Shown in pieces: positions 9,536-19,809 of a stretch of 59,675 bases of DNA. Source of the stretch: Nitrososphaeraceae archaeon (GTDB taxonomy: Archaea > Thermoproteota > Nitrososphaeria > Nitrososphaerales > Nitrososphaeraceae); NCBI GenBank assembly GCA_035250975.1, contig DATFEP010000083.1, forward strand, positions 1 through 59,675. Direction: 5' to 3'. Position 1 is the first letter of the stretch, and each line of letters opens with the position of its first letter. The translations under genes were made by a program, and so were the position numbers. The notes under the pieces were generated by a model, which worked only from the letters and a program-made list of their open reading frames with translations, was not told the DNA's origin and searched no databases.

Positions 9536-11446
9536 TTATCGTGTTAAAATTTTTTTTATTTTATATTTTATGATTTCATTAATCTTTTTACCATCTACTT
9601 TTCCACGAAGAATAGTCATACTTTTTCCCATCAAAGTATTTATTGAATCCATTCCTTTTTCTTGAATAATGTAATGGTTTTTTTCTATTATTTTATCTAA
9701 AATTTTATCAAGCTCTTCATCACTTATTGATTTTATTCCAAGTAGATCTATTGTAGATTCAACAGTAGATGTTTCTTTTTTCATTAGTTTTTCAAAAATT
9801 AGAAAGACGGATTCTTTTGCGATTTTATTTGAATCTAGTTTCTTAAAGATATTTGTAATAATATCTTTTGTTAAGACAGATGAATCAAATCCTTGTCTTT
9901 CTAAATTAATTACGTCTTCTGTAAGTTTTGAAGCTATAAAAGAAGGTGGAATTTGTGTTGAGGATGATATTTCCTCGAAAACTTCGAAATAATTTGAGTC
10001 GAAAATCTTTTCGCTTAATATTTCGTTCATCTGATATTTTTTACTTAATTGTTTTATTATTTCGTTCCATGATTTGGGAACTTTCTCAATAAGAGAACCC
10101 AAAAGATCGTTGGTTATAGTGTAGATGGGTATATCTGTCTCCGGATACATCCTAGCTGATCCAGGTTTTGGTCTACTATAGATAGTTTTTCCATCTATAG
10201 ATGCAGATCTGGTCTCTGAGGGAACTCCAAATTTTACAATATCAAGTCTCTTGCATATTGCATCAATAGCAATAGACATCTTCTCTTTAGGTCCTCCAAT
10301 CATTATGAAACCATCTTTTTCATCAATAATTTCTAATTTTTCTTTTATTTTTTTAACTTCTTGTTCTGTAATTCCATAATTTGGCAACTCATCCGAGTGA
10401 AATATACCACCGAAACCATAAAAGCGTACCAATTCTCCCAACTCTTTTCCTATTCTTACATCAGGATATGGTTCAAAACCAAAAAAACCTTTAAAACTTT
10501 TGACTCTAATTGCATTAATACTGTTATTCTTATCCCTTAATAGTTTCTTGATCGTTTTTGACTCTGAATCTTTCAGAATATTACTTATTTCAAGAATTTT
10601 GTCCCCTGTTAATGGCTCATCAACTTTTCTTACTTTTTTTAATTTTTCTGCTATTAACATTAAACCATGTTGTCGAATTGACTCATACTCTATCACTTTG
10701 ATCAGTTGGTCTAATCTTTGTACTCCTTTTACTTCAACTATCCCATTCCCATTGTTAATAGATATATTAACATCTTGTCTAATACTTCCTATACCTCTTG
10801 CTACTCTTTTACTTGCACGTAATAATCTTCCCAAAGTAAGTGCGATCTTCATTATTTCAGATGGTTTTCCAGTAACTGGCTCTAATGCAATTTCTACCAA
10901 TGGGATTCCAAGTCTATCTAATCCAAATTCTTTAATGTTTCCATCATCAGATAACAATTTTCCAGAATCTTCTTCTAGGCAAATCGTTTGTACTCCTATC
11001 TTTTTATCCTCAACCTGTAAATACCCTCCATATGAAATTAACATTGTTCGTTGAAATCCACTTGTATTAGAACCATCTATAACTATTTTTCGCATTACAT
11101 TGATTTCATCCACTATTTTAGAATACAATGCTAAAGAAATAATTAATGCAGTTTCTAAAGCATCTTTGTTTATTTCATGTGGTGGTTCTTCATCAGCTTC
11201 AACTAGACAAGTAGATCCAAAAGAAGAATAATATTTGATCGTTTGCATTTTAGAGAACTCAAACATACTAGCCTGGTCATATAACCCAAGCTCACTTTGA
11301 GTAGGACGTAATTTTCTCAAGAAAGATGAATTATAGTCTTGAGTTTCTGTGCAACTGCAGTTACAAAATAATTTATTTTTTGTTAACAATTGTTGATGAA
11401 TCTCAAAACCGACTTTTACGATAATTTCTTTTGAATTTATAGTCAC
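9536..11446 (-). CDS. gatE: Glutamyl-tRNA(Gln) amidotransferase subunit E
   Basis: GFEIHQQL..KLFC, DGSNTSGFQRT, RQDVNISI and PGSARMYPETD. Confidence 0.97.
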   Translation of the reverse strand: MTINSKEIIVKVGFEIHQQLLTKNKLFCNCSCTETQDYNSSFLRKLRPTQSELGLYDQASMFEFSKMQTIKYYSSFGSTCLVEADEEPPHEINKDALETALIISLALYSKIVDEINVMRKIVIDGSNTSGFQRTMLISYGGYLQVEDKKIGVQTICLEEDSGKLLSDDGNIKEFGLDRLGIPLVEIALEPVTGKPSEIMKIALTLGRLLRASKRVARGIGSIRQDVNISINNGNGIVEVKGVQRLDQLIKVIEYESIRQHGLMLIAEKLKKVRKVDEPLTGDKILEISNILKDSESKTIKKLLRDKNNSINAIRVKSFKGFFGFEPYPDVRIGKELGELVRFYGFGGIFHSDELPNYGITEQEVKKIKEKLEIIDEKDGFIMIGGPKEKMSIAIDAICKRLDIVKFGVPSETRSASIDGKTIYSRPKPGSARMYPETDIPIYTITNDLLGSLIEKVPKSWNEIIKQLSKKYQMNEILSEKIFDSNYFEVFEEISSSTQIPPSFIASKLTEDVINLERQGFDSSVLTKDIITNIFKKLDSNKIAKESVFLIFEKLMKKETSTVESTIDLLGIKSISDEELDKILDKIIEKNHYIIQEKGMDSINTLMGKSMTILRGKVDGKKINEIIKYKIKKILTR

Positions 11447-11494
11447 AACGATTATGATATAAAATGTATATTTTAATCATTGTGAGAATTATAT

Positions 11495-12889
11495 TTATAG
11501 AATATGAGAAATTGGAATAATTTCATTTGATATATTCTCCTGCATTATTTTTATAATTGAAGTATAATTGGTTTCATTACCTAAAAGCCACATTGCCTTT
11601 ACTACAGCAGTCTCGGAAAGCATATTGAACAATGGAATTACTCCTATCTTGAGTAAATCTCTTCCAGTATCATAAACATTCATGTTGGTCCTACCCCAAA
11701 TACATTGTGATGTCATAAATACTAATACTCCTAAGTCAATTGCTTTCTTCAGGTAAGAAATGCAATTTTTATTTATATGCCCTAACCCAGTTCCTTCAAT
11801 AATAACAATCTTGTTTCCTTGACTAACAACATATTCTATCAACATTGGATTAAAACCCGGATAATATTTTAATAAAAATACTCTATTATCAAATTTAGAC
11901 CCAAAAATTTGATATTTTACTTTACTCTTTTCATATTCAACAGATCTCTTTTTCAGAATAATATTTGAAACCACTTCATGATTTAAGTAGATTTGATTCT
12001 TCTTAATAGTAGCAACAGGCGAGACATCAATTGATTGAAATGCATCTCTTTTGCTTGTGTGATTTTTTCTTACTCGTGTTCCAATATGACAAGCAAGAAC
12101 ATCATCAGACATGCCAGAATGCATGACAACGAATACTCCAGAATAATCTAGTCTACTTGCACAGATAACAGCTCCTATTAAATTTGAAGATGCATCAGAA
12201 GAAGGTCTATCAGAAGATCGTTGTGCACCTACTAGTATTACTGGAATTGGAATATTTTGTAATGCAAAACTCAATGCAGAGGCAGTATAACTCATAGTAT
12301 CAGTTCCATGTGAAATAATAATCCCGTGGTACATACCCAAATTTATTTTCTCTATGATCTTGTTAATAATTAAGTTCCATTCATTCGGTCCTATATTTTC
12401 ACTATATTCGTTAATCAAAATTTCAGTATCAATTTTTGCATAGTCTGATATTTCCGGAACAGAACTATAAAGATCTTGAGCTGAAAGAACAGATGTGACA
12501 CCTCCAGTTCGATAATCTATTTTACTTGCAATTGTCCCTCCTGTACTTAATAACAAGATTTTAGGTTGGTCCAAATCCGTTAATGTATTAGAAAAATGGT
12601 TATTACCATTAGCATATTTAACATTTTTATATGAGGATGTTTTGTTTTCTAAATTTGTAGATGAAATCAAATGGATGGATTTGATCCGTTCTATTTTTAT
12701 ACCAATATTATAACCATTATTTAGTTTTATTACAATATGATCTTTCTTATCATATTCATATCCAGGCATTAATCTTCCAGTAACTACAGTTTCATCAGTT
12801 AAAACAATATTAATAACTTCACCAGTTTTGGTATTTTTTAGTATGAACCCAACATTATCATCTTTTGACATAAGATAAGTGATTATCAT
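11495..12889 (-). CDS. gatD: Glutamyl-tRNA(Gln) amidotransferase subunit D
   Basis: STGGTIASKIDYRTGGV, HGTDTM and GAQRSSDRPSSD. Adjacent to gatE. Confidence 0.97.
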   Translation of the reverse strand: MIITYLMSKDDNVGFILKNTKTGEVINIVLTDETVVTGRLMPGYEYDKKDHIVIKLNNGYNIGIKIERIKSIHLISSTNLENKTSSYKNVKYANGNNHFSNTLTDLDQPKILLLSTGGTIASKIDYRTGGVTSVLSAQDLYSSVPEISDYAKIDTEILINEYSENIGPNEWNLIINKIIEKINLGMYHGIIISHGTDTMSYTASALSFALQNIPIPVILVGAQRSSDRPSSDASSNLIGAVICASRLDYSGVFVVMHSGMSDDVLACHIGTRVRKNHTSKRDAFQSIDVSPVATIKKNQIYLNHEVVSNIILKKRSVEYEKSKVKYQIFGSKFDNRVFLLKYYPGFNPMLIEYVVSQGNKIVIIEGTGLGHINKNCISYLKKAIDLGVLVFMTSQCIWGRTNMNVYDTGRDLLKIGVIPLFNMLSETAVVKAMWLLGNETNYTSIIKIMQENISNEIIPISHIL

Positions 12890-12924
12890 AGATAATTATA
12901 ACCTAATCCCATAATAAACTAAAA

Positions 12925-13467
12925 TTAAGTGACATCCAATAATTCTTTATGTTTTTGCCAGATTTTTTTTAGTCTGTCTATCCCATTTATATTTTCAATT
13001 ATTTTGGTCGTTTCTGGGTGTACTAATTGTTTCCAATCTTCATCTTTGATCATATAGTCTCTTATTAATGTTCCAGAAAATTTTTTTCTGTGATGTAGTT
13101 CTGGTTGAATTATCTTTATTCCTCGCTCTTTATATAATACAATTGTAAACGGATCGTTAGTAAAAACTAGATCATATTTTGGGACCAATAAATCGATATT
13201 ATATGTCCAAAGCGCATGCACTTTTGTATCTGATACTGGAATGATAAGTATCTTACTAATATCAATCTCCTTAATTTTGATTAGAGTATTTCTTATCATT
13301 TGAATTCGTTCGCCAGCTGTAAATGGATTTCTCAATTCATGACTGTTTTGTGCACTTCCTACAATAATAATCAAGAAAGCAACAGTTTTTAGAACGGATT
13401 TGATAGTTTCGATATGACCATAATGTAATGGTTGAAAACGACCTATGAATAATCCTGTGAGCATCAA
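12925..13467 (-). CDS. nadM: Nicotinamide-nucleotide adenylyltransferase
   Basis: GRFQPLHYGH, GSAQ.SH...NPFTAGER and SGT.IR. Confidence 0.93.
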   Translation of the reverse strand: MMLTGLFIGRFQPLHYGHIETIKSVLKTVAFLIIIVGSAQNSHELRNPFTAGERIQMIRNTLIKIKEIDISKILIIPVSDTKVHALWTYNIDLLVPKYDLVFTNDPFTIVLYKERGIKIIQPELHHRKKFSGTLIRDYMIKDEDWKQLVHPETTKIIENINGIDRLKKIWQKHKELLDVT

Positions 13468-13571
13468 TAGTGAAATAATAGTGAAATAAATAAATGTTAA
13501 TTTAGAAAAACATTTCAGGTTAGTATAAAATAATATTTTATTTTGATAGTTGCTTGCTGGTTTGATGTAGA

Positions 13572-13916
13572 TTAAATTTTGACATTAATCAGAGATAATC
13601 CAATAAACATCGATAGTATAATTACAGAAAATCCTCCTGCCAAAAATCCGTACTGAGTTTTTGGTGTTGTAGCAAACCCCGATTTGTAAACTAAAAAAGC
13701 CCCACTCATTCCAACAAAAAGTATCAATGTCATAATAATTGTTTCGCTTATAGTTTGTACTGACCTAGAAGGAATGAAAGTTATTCCTTCAGGTAAACTT
13801 GAGCCTTCAAGTATAGCATTTATTAAACCAGAAGATAATGCAAAAAATATAATTAGATAAATTATTGATATTATAAGTATTGGTTTTGACTTGAAGTTCA
13901 ACAAGAAAGCATGCAT
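13572..13916 (-). CDS. Small 3-TM membrane protein, possibly OST3/OST6/OSTC-like
   Basis: Three hydrophobic segments. The loop SGLINAILEG...FIPSRSVQTISE recalls the OST3/6 C-terminal region. Confidence 0.45.
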   Translation of the reverse strand: MHAFLLNFKSKPILIISIIYLIIFFALSSGLINAILEGSSLPEGITFIPSRSVQTISETIIMTLILFVGMSGAFLVYKSGFATTPKTQYGFLAGGFSVIILSMFIGLSLINVKI

Positions 13917-14013
13917 GTATAAGTATAAATACTTTTATAATGAATTCTTAATTCATGAGTTCTATTTGTTAAAGCTTTTAATATCAATATGTATTTAATA
14001 GAAGACAAATATA

Positions 14014-14229
14014 TTGAAATGTATTATTTGTTCGGCTGAATGTTTTAATAAACAATATTGTTTTAATCATAATCTAGCATTAAAAAGTCTCAAAAAAGGA
14101 TACATAAAATGGTACAATGCATTTTCAAGCAATATATCTTGGGATGAATATTTATCAAGATTATTGAAAATTGAAGATACTGGAATTTGGATAATGGATA
14201 TTATTAACTACGAATTAGAAAAAAAATGA
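14014..14229 (+). CDS. Small Cys/His-rich hypothetical protein
   Basis: CxxC...CxxH N-terminus. Convergent with the thermosome gene. Confidence 0.65.
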   Translation: MKCIICSAECFNKQYCFNHNLALKSLKKGYIKWYNAFSSNISWDEYLSRLLKIEDTGIWIMDIINYELEKK

Positions 14230-14234
14230 GGATA

Positions 14235-15881
14235 TTACATTTCGCCCATACCACCAGGAGGCATACCACCAGGAGGCATACCACCAGGAGATTTACTTGA
14301 TGCAATTACATCATCAATTCGTAGAATCATTGATGCCGCTTCTGTCGCAGATTTAATTATTTGTTCTTTTACACTTAAAGGTTCAAAGATATCCATTTTG
14401 GACATATCTGTGATTTTTGCGCTTCTTGCATCAATCCCCATCCATTTTGCTCCTTTACTTTGTTTTGCTCTTAGATCAGTTGCTGCATCGATTGGATCCA
14501 TACCTGCATTTTCTGCCAATGTAAGTGGTATTACTTCCAAGGCTTCTGCAAATTTCTCAGCTGCTAATTGTTCTCTTCCAATTAATGTACTAGTCCATTC
14601 TCTTAACTTACTAGCAACATAAGCTTCTGGAGCTCCACCACCTGCAACTATCGCTGGTTTTTCTAAAACATCTTTTGTTACCATAAGTGCATCGTGAATA
14701 GAACGTTCTGCTTCATCTACTACTCTTTGAGATCCTCCCCGTATCAAGACTGTTACCGATTTTGGATGTTTACATCCTTCAACGAAAACCCATTTATCAG
14801 TCTCTACTTTTCTTTCTTCTACCAGGTCTGCACTTCCCAAGTCATTAGAAGTGAGATCGTCAATGCTGTTTACTACACGAGCGTTGGTAGCTCTTGCCAA
14901 TTTGGTCATATCACTTTCTTTTACTCTACGAACTGTCAATATATCTGATTTTGCCAAATAATGCTGGGCAATGTCGTCAATACCCTTTTGACAAATAACT
15001 ACATTAGCTCCAGAAGATTTAATCTTTTCCACCATATCTTTTAGCATTCTGTTTTCTTCCTCAAGAAACATTTTCATTTGATCTGGTGAACTAATGTTTA
15101 TTTTGGCATCAAATTCGGTTTTTTCTATTTCTAAAGCACAATTTAATAAGGCAATTTTAGCTTTATCTATTCTTTTTGGCATGCCACCGTGTACCACTTC
15201 TTTGTCAAGAACTATTCCTTGAATTAAAGTTGTATCTCTCAACGATCCTCCAGCTTTCTTTTCTACTTTTACATCATCTATGTCTACTTTATTTTTAGAA
15301 TTAACGCTTTCTACAACTTGTAAAATTGCCTTAACTACAATTTCAGCTAACTCATCTGCTTCTTTTGATACTAACTTTGTTTGCATTGATGTTTTTGCCA
15401 CTTTAATTAAACTTTCTTTATCATTTGCATCAATTTTTTGTGCAATTTTATTAAGAATTTCTATCGCTTTTTGAGCACTCTTTCTATAGCCATCTACAAT
15501 TATTGTTGGATGCACATCTTTTGTAATCAACTCCTCTGCTTTCTCAATTAAAGCGCCGGCCAAAACAACAACAGAAGTTGTACCGTCTCCAACCTCATTG
15601 TCTGTTGCCTTACTGATTTCTACCATCATTTTTGCCGCAGGATGTTGTACATCTATTTCTTTCAGAACAGTTGCACCATCATTTGTAATTGTAACATCAC
15701 CTAGAGAATCCACCAACATCTTGTCCATTCCACGTGGACCTAGACTTGAGCGGACGATTTCAGCTATTAACTTTGCTGCAGTAACGTTGTTCTTTTGAGC
15801 ATCTCTACCTTTTGTTTGAGTAGATCCTTCCTTTAATATTAACACTGGTACACCACCAGCTGAACCTTGTTGAATTGACAT
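14235..15881 (-). CDS. ths: Thermosome (group II chaperonin) subunit
   Basis: LGPRGMDKM, TNDGAT, GDGTTSVV and a GGMPP-repeat tail. An SD-like aggtga lies upstream. Confidence 0.98.
   Translation of the reverse strand: MSIQQGSAGGVPVLILKEGSTQTKGRDAQKNNVTAAKLIAEIVRSSLGPRGMDKMLVDSLGDVTITNDGATVLKEIDVQHPAAKMMVEISKATDNEVGDGTTSVVVLAGALIEKAEELITKDVHPTIIVDGYRKSAQKAIEILNKIAQKIDANDKESLIKVAKTSMQTKLVSKEADELAEIVVKAILQVVESVNSKNKVDIDDVKVEKKAGGSLRDTTLIQGIVLDKEVVHGGMPKRIDKAKIALLNCALEIEKTEFDAKINISSPDQMKMFLEEENRMLKDMVEKIKSSGANVVICQKGIDDIAQHYLAKSDILTVRRVKESDMTKLARATNARVVNSIDDLTSNDLGSADLVEERKVETDKWVFVEGCKHPKSVTVLIRGGSQRVVDEAERSIHDALMVTKDVLEKPAIVAGGGAPEAYVASKLREWTSTLIGREQLAAEKFAEALEVIPLTLAENAGMDPIDAATDLRAKQSKGAKWMGIDARSAKITDMSKMDIFEPLSVKEQIIKSATEAASMILRIDDVIASSKSPGGMPPGGMPPGGMGEM
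14246..14290 (-). repeat. 15-bp coding repeat x3 (PPGGM tail of the chaperonin)
   Basis: cataccaccaggagg repeated. Confidence 0.85.
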
Positions 15882-16011
15882 TTATCATTTTCACCTTAAA
15901 ATTAATTCTAAAGAAACTGACAGAATTTGGGATATTTTAATTTTATGCAATATATAACATTATACGAAATAGTTTGCAAGTTTTTTAGTATTAAAAAATA
16001 GTTAAATTTGT

Positions 16012-16494
16012 TTATTGAAATAAGGAATCGTATATTCCAGAGTTAATGTCAGTATACAGATCTTTTGCAGGTTTATCCTCAACCTTTACTCCACTACTAA
16101 CACAAGATCCAATAATCTCTTTAGAACAATTCTTCAAATCTAAAGCATAAGATACATCAATCTTCATTCTTGCAATTTTGACTATGTCGGACATGGATAT
16201 ATTTCCCACATAATCCTTTCCTGATGTTCCTGAACCTTTTGTAATTCCAGCTTCTTTTGCAATTAGAGCAGTTGTAGGAGGTATTCCTACTTCAACAGTA
16301 AATTTTTTAGTTTCAGAATCAATTTCCACCTTAACGGGAATCTTCATACCAAGAAAATCTTTGGTCTTTTCATTGATTGTGTTTACAACTTGTAATACGT
16401 TAATCCCCAAAGGCCCTAATGCAGGTCCTAAAGGAGGTCCGGCACTGGCTTCTCCTCCAGTAACCAAAGCAGATACTGACTTTTTATCGCCCAT
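16012..16494 (-). CDS. rpl11: 50S ribosomal protein uL11
   Basis: GGEASAGPPLGPALGPLG and VGIPPTTALI. Confidence 0.97.
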   Translation of the reverse strand: MGDKKSVSALVTGGEASAGPPLGPALGPLGINVLQVVNTINEKTKDFLGMKIPVKVEIDSETKKFTVEVGIPPTTALIAKEAGITKGSGTSGKDYVGNISMSDIVKIARMKIDVSYALDLKNCSKEIIGSCVSSGVKVEDKPAKDLYTDINSGIYDSLFQ

Positions 16495-16597
16495 ATCGGA
16501 AAAAATAACAGTCCGAAATATAAATGGTCATCAAATTTTGTCAAGATCTATAAAAATAATATAACTTAGCAAAAATAATATATTAAAATTATTAATA

Positions 16598-17257
16598 TCA
16601 AGTGATTATTTTCTTCAAGTAATTTGCATCAACGGTAACAGGGATTTGATATGGCGAATCTAATAGTACAACCGTAGCTTCTTGCTTTTCATAATCGACA
16701 CGTGTAATTTTTGCTTTCATGGATTTAAATGGACCTGCAATTACCTCGACAGTATCATCAACATTCAATTCGGTAACAACTGGTTTTTTGATAAGATATT
16801 TTTCAATATCGCTAAAAGGAAGATCCCCTCGTATTTGTCCTCTTACGTGCCTAATACCATATAGTGCTTCATACACAACATTAGAGTCGGATGCTTCAAC
16901 TATCACGTAGCCTTTAAAATGTTCGAGGATAAGAATCGAGCGTAGGTTGATCTTTTTAGAGTTTATCTTATTTTGTAATATATTAGCAACAATATTTTCC
17001 TGTCCTCCAGTTATTCTAATTGCAAAAAATTTTGAATCTGAATCTAGTAACTTATTTTTAAATTGTGTTTTTTTAGATTCTTCTTGTTTGGATGTGATAG
17101 AATTTTTAGGGTCTTTTTGAATATCTTTGTCAGAAACATCTGAATTTATACTTTTTAATAAGGCGTCTTGATTAAAATTTGACTCTTTATTATTTTCATC
17201 ATTATTGTCATAATCAATTATATCATCAAGATCATCCTGATTTTTTTTATTTTTCAT
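16598..17257 (-). CDS. spt5: Transcription elongation factor Spt5 with ~70-aa N-terminal extension
   Basis: NGN domain FAIRITGGQE...KGYVIVEA and KOW domain DTVEVIAGPFK. Upstream of rpl11. Confidence 0.93.
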   Translation of the reverse strand: MKNKKNQDDLDDIIDYDNNDENNKESNFNQDALLKSINSDVSDKDIQKDPKNSITSKQEESKKTQFKNKLLDSDSKFFAIRITGGQENIVANILQNKINSKKINLRSILILEHFKGYVIVEASDSNVVYEALYGIRHVRGQIRGDLPFSDIEKYLIKKPVVTELNVDDTVEVIAGPFKSMKAKITRVDYEKQEATVVLLDSPYQIPVTVDANYLKKIIT

Positions 17258-17467
17258 TAATTTTTATTCAATACTTAACGATTTGAAGTATTTTATAAAT
17301 TTAATTTATGTTAAATGTTATAAAATATTAGTATAAATTTAACAATTATTTAAAAAAGAGATTAAAAATTATTTATTTGGAATTATCTCTAAATTGGGTA
17401 AAAAAAATCCATATTTGAGGTCAAAATGGATAAGTATTTAATAGATAATAGGTCTATTCAATAAAAA

Positions 17468-18472
17468 TTGACTGAATCTATACAAGTAAATCAATTGGAT
17501 TTACTCGATAGAAAAATTTTAAATGAAATTCAATGGCTTTTTCCTCTTACTGATAGACCTTTCTTAGAGATTGCCCAGCGTCATAATACTACAGAAATTG
17601 ACATTATGAATAGAATTTCAGCTATGAAAGAAAATGGATTAATAAGACAGATAAACGCAATCTTTGATACAAGAAGATTAGGTTACAAAAGTGCCCTAAT
17701 AGCATTTGCAGTAAAGTCAGAGAAATTAGATTATGTAGCAAATGAAGTTAACAAGCATCCTGGTGTAAGTCATAATTATGAAAGAAACCATGAATTCAAC
17801 ATGTGGTTTACTTTAGCGATACCTCCTAATTCAGAAATGAAAGCTACTTTAGACAAAATGGCATCTCTTGATGGGGTAATTAAATATAGATTATTGCCTA
17901 CACTAAAAATGTACAAGATAGGAGTAAAGTTGGATATGGTAAATGATGATTCTATAAATCCTAAACCAACTGAAGGAATTAAGGAACTAAATCCAGAAAA
18001 AATTCACCTAACAGAACTTGATAAAGATTTTATCAGAGAATTACAAAAGGATTTGGAAATAATACCAGAACCATTTGTGAAAAGTGCTGAAAAATTATCT
18101 ATTAGCACTGAAGAACTTTTTGATAAGGCAAGAGAATTTGAAAAAGATGGGATAATGAGACGATATGCTGCTATATTACGACACAGAGATGCAGGATTTA
18201 CTGCAAATGGTATGATAGTATGGAAAGTTCCAGATAATATTATTGACAAGATAGGATTCAAATTGGCAACTTTTTCCCAAGTGAGTCATTGTTATAGAAG
18301 ACCAACATATCCGGATTGGGAATTTAATCTTTTTAGTATGATACATGCACGCAGTTTTGATAGTGCCGAAAAAATCGCAAAAGAAATGTCTAATATAATA
18401 AGAATCTATAATTACAAGATTCTTTTTAGCTCAAGAGAGTTTAAAAAGGAAAGGGTAAAATATTTTGAGTGA
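17468..18472 (+). CDS. ahbAB: Siroheme decarboxylase, fused AhbA/AhbB (Lrp/AsnC-like)
   Basis: Two repeats, HPGVSHNYER..FNMWFT and VSHCYRRP..PDWEFNLFSMIH. Confidence 0.88.
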   Translation: MTESIQVNQLDLLDRKILNEIQWLFPLTDRPFLEIAQRHNTTEIDIMNRISAMKENGLIRQINAIFDTRRLGYKSALIAFAVKSEKLDYVANEVNKHPGVSHNYERNHEFNMWFTLAIPPNSEMKATLDKMASLDGVIKYRLLPTLKMYKIGVKLDMVNDDSINPKPTEGIKELNPEKIHLTELDKDFIRELQKDLEIIPEPFVKSAEKLSISTEELFDKAREFEKDGIMRRYAAILRHRDAGFTANGMIVWKVPDNIIDKIGFKLATFSQVSHCYRRPTYPDWEFNLFSMIHARSFDSAEKIAKEMSNIIRIYNYKILFSSREFKKERVKYFE

Positions 18473-18542
18473 ACCAAAAATTTTTGTTTACTTTATCAGA
18501 GAATGAATTAAAATTATATAACATATTATCAAGATAAGCAAT

Positions 18543-18980
18543 GTGTTGACATCTGAAATACAACCTCCAGATCCTAAATCTATTAGATTACTAGAAATAT
18601 CTGATGTGGCAATTATGAATGAACTTTCGTATATCTTGAAAGAGAGAATAATAAAATCATTTAGTATCGATTCATTTACAACTTCTGATCCATTTAATCA
18701 CAATAAGAATTTTCGTTATTCGACTATTGTTGATAAAGAAAATCCAAATAGGATAATTGCGATTATGTGTATTTTCGAGGATTCAGACAAATACTCTTTG
18801 GATTGGAAGAAAATTGATATAAAACGCTTGCAAGAAATAGTAATATCTATAGATGAAACCAAAGAATTAAAAAACGAATTAATGCCAAAAGACACTAACA
18901 ATTTTTATCAATTAAGGGTAAATGGTAAAGTAATTGGATCTATCATGTTTGCTTTCCAGATATGTGGCCTGCATGATTAG
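18543..18980 (+). CDS. Hypothetical protein
   Basis: Intact 145-aa ORF ending in FAFQICGLHD. Confidence 0.6.
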   Translation: MLTSEIQPPDPKSIRLLEISDVAIMNELSYILKERIIKSFSIDSFTTSDPFNHNKNFRYSTIVDKENPNRIIAIMCIFEDSDKYSLDWKKIDIKRLQEIVISIDETKELKNELMPKDTNNFYQLRVNGKVIGSIMFAFQICGLHD

Positions 18981-19018
18981 AAATATGTACGAATAAGTTA
19001 AGAATATTCTTGGTCAAA

Positions 19019-19696
19019 TCACAGTATCGGTTCCCTTTGTATATGCAATGTATTATTTGGTAGTATTTCGATGCCCATGATATCTAAAATAGGTATAGCT
19101 CCGTCGTTTTCTCTTGCTAGAATACTTGCAGCAATTTTCAATCGATAAGAAGAAGTCCATTGCTGTCCTATTTTGTATTTTCCTCGTATTTCTATAGGAA
19201 TAATTTTAATAACTGTCACCTCTTGTACAGAACGCATTTTTGAATCAAGTCTTTGATACTTTCCTTCTTTTTGATATTTCTCCATCAGAGCATTGAGAGC
19301 TAAAGCTTTTTCTTCATAATTTTCAACTATGAACGATTCTCCCTTGATTACTATACTGATATAAAGAGTGTCTGCCTGAGATGCATCTGTGGGATGAAAG
19401 TAATATGATGGCAGAAAAGCTATATGCTGATCTACTTCAAATCCTACCTTTGAATTCCTTTTAATATTATCTATCTTTTCTCCATAACGATAAGAATGCA
19501 TGTATATGGAATGTTGGTTTAATAAAGTAGAATGGTTTTTATGGTTACGGGTTTGGATGTAAACAAAATTCATTGGTATGACCTGTGGATAACCATTGCT
19601 ATCTATCGTTGCAAGTCTACCAACTAACCGATCATTAAGGAAATTTATTATATTTTCTATAGATTGAATTTCTAGTTTTTTTATTAACTTCAACAA
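19019..19696 (-). CDS. Pyridoxamine 5'-phosphate oxidase-like flavin-binding protein
   Basis: GRLATIDSNGYPQVIPMNF, IYMHS...GEKIDNI and VGFEVD. Confidence 0.85.
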   Translation of the reverse strand: MLKLIKKLEIQSIENIINFLNDRLVGRLATIDSNGYPQVIPMNFVYIQTRNHKNHSTLLNQHSIYMHSYRYGEKIDNIKRNSKVGFEVDQHIAFLPSYYFHPTDASQADTLYISIVIKGESFIVENYEEKALALNALMEKYQKEGKYQRLDSKMRSVQEVTVIKIIPIEIRGKYKIGQQWTSSYRLKIAASILARENDGAIPILDIMGIEILPNNTLHIQREPIL

Positions 19697-19809
19697 AAAT
19701 CACAATTTTATAAATATCAAATATATTATATTTAGGTATTTGATATATAGCTAACATTTCAAATTTTTTCCTCAAAATGGATACATATTATTTTAACAAA
19801 TTGAATGGA

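Noticed and set aside
10500-11054. 184-aa plus-strand ORF, and the many other antisense or overlapping ORFs inside core genes (e.g. 27497-27919, 47995-48309)
   Set aside because: Shadow frames of well-supported genes on the opposite strand, with no motifs.
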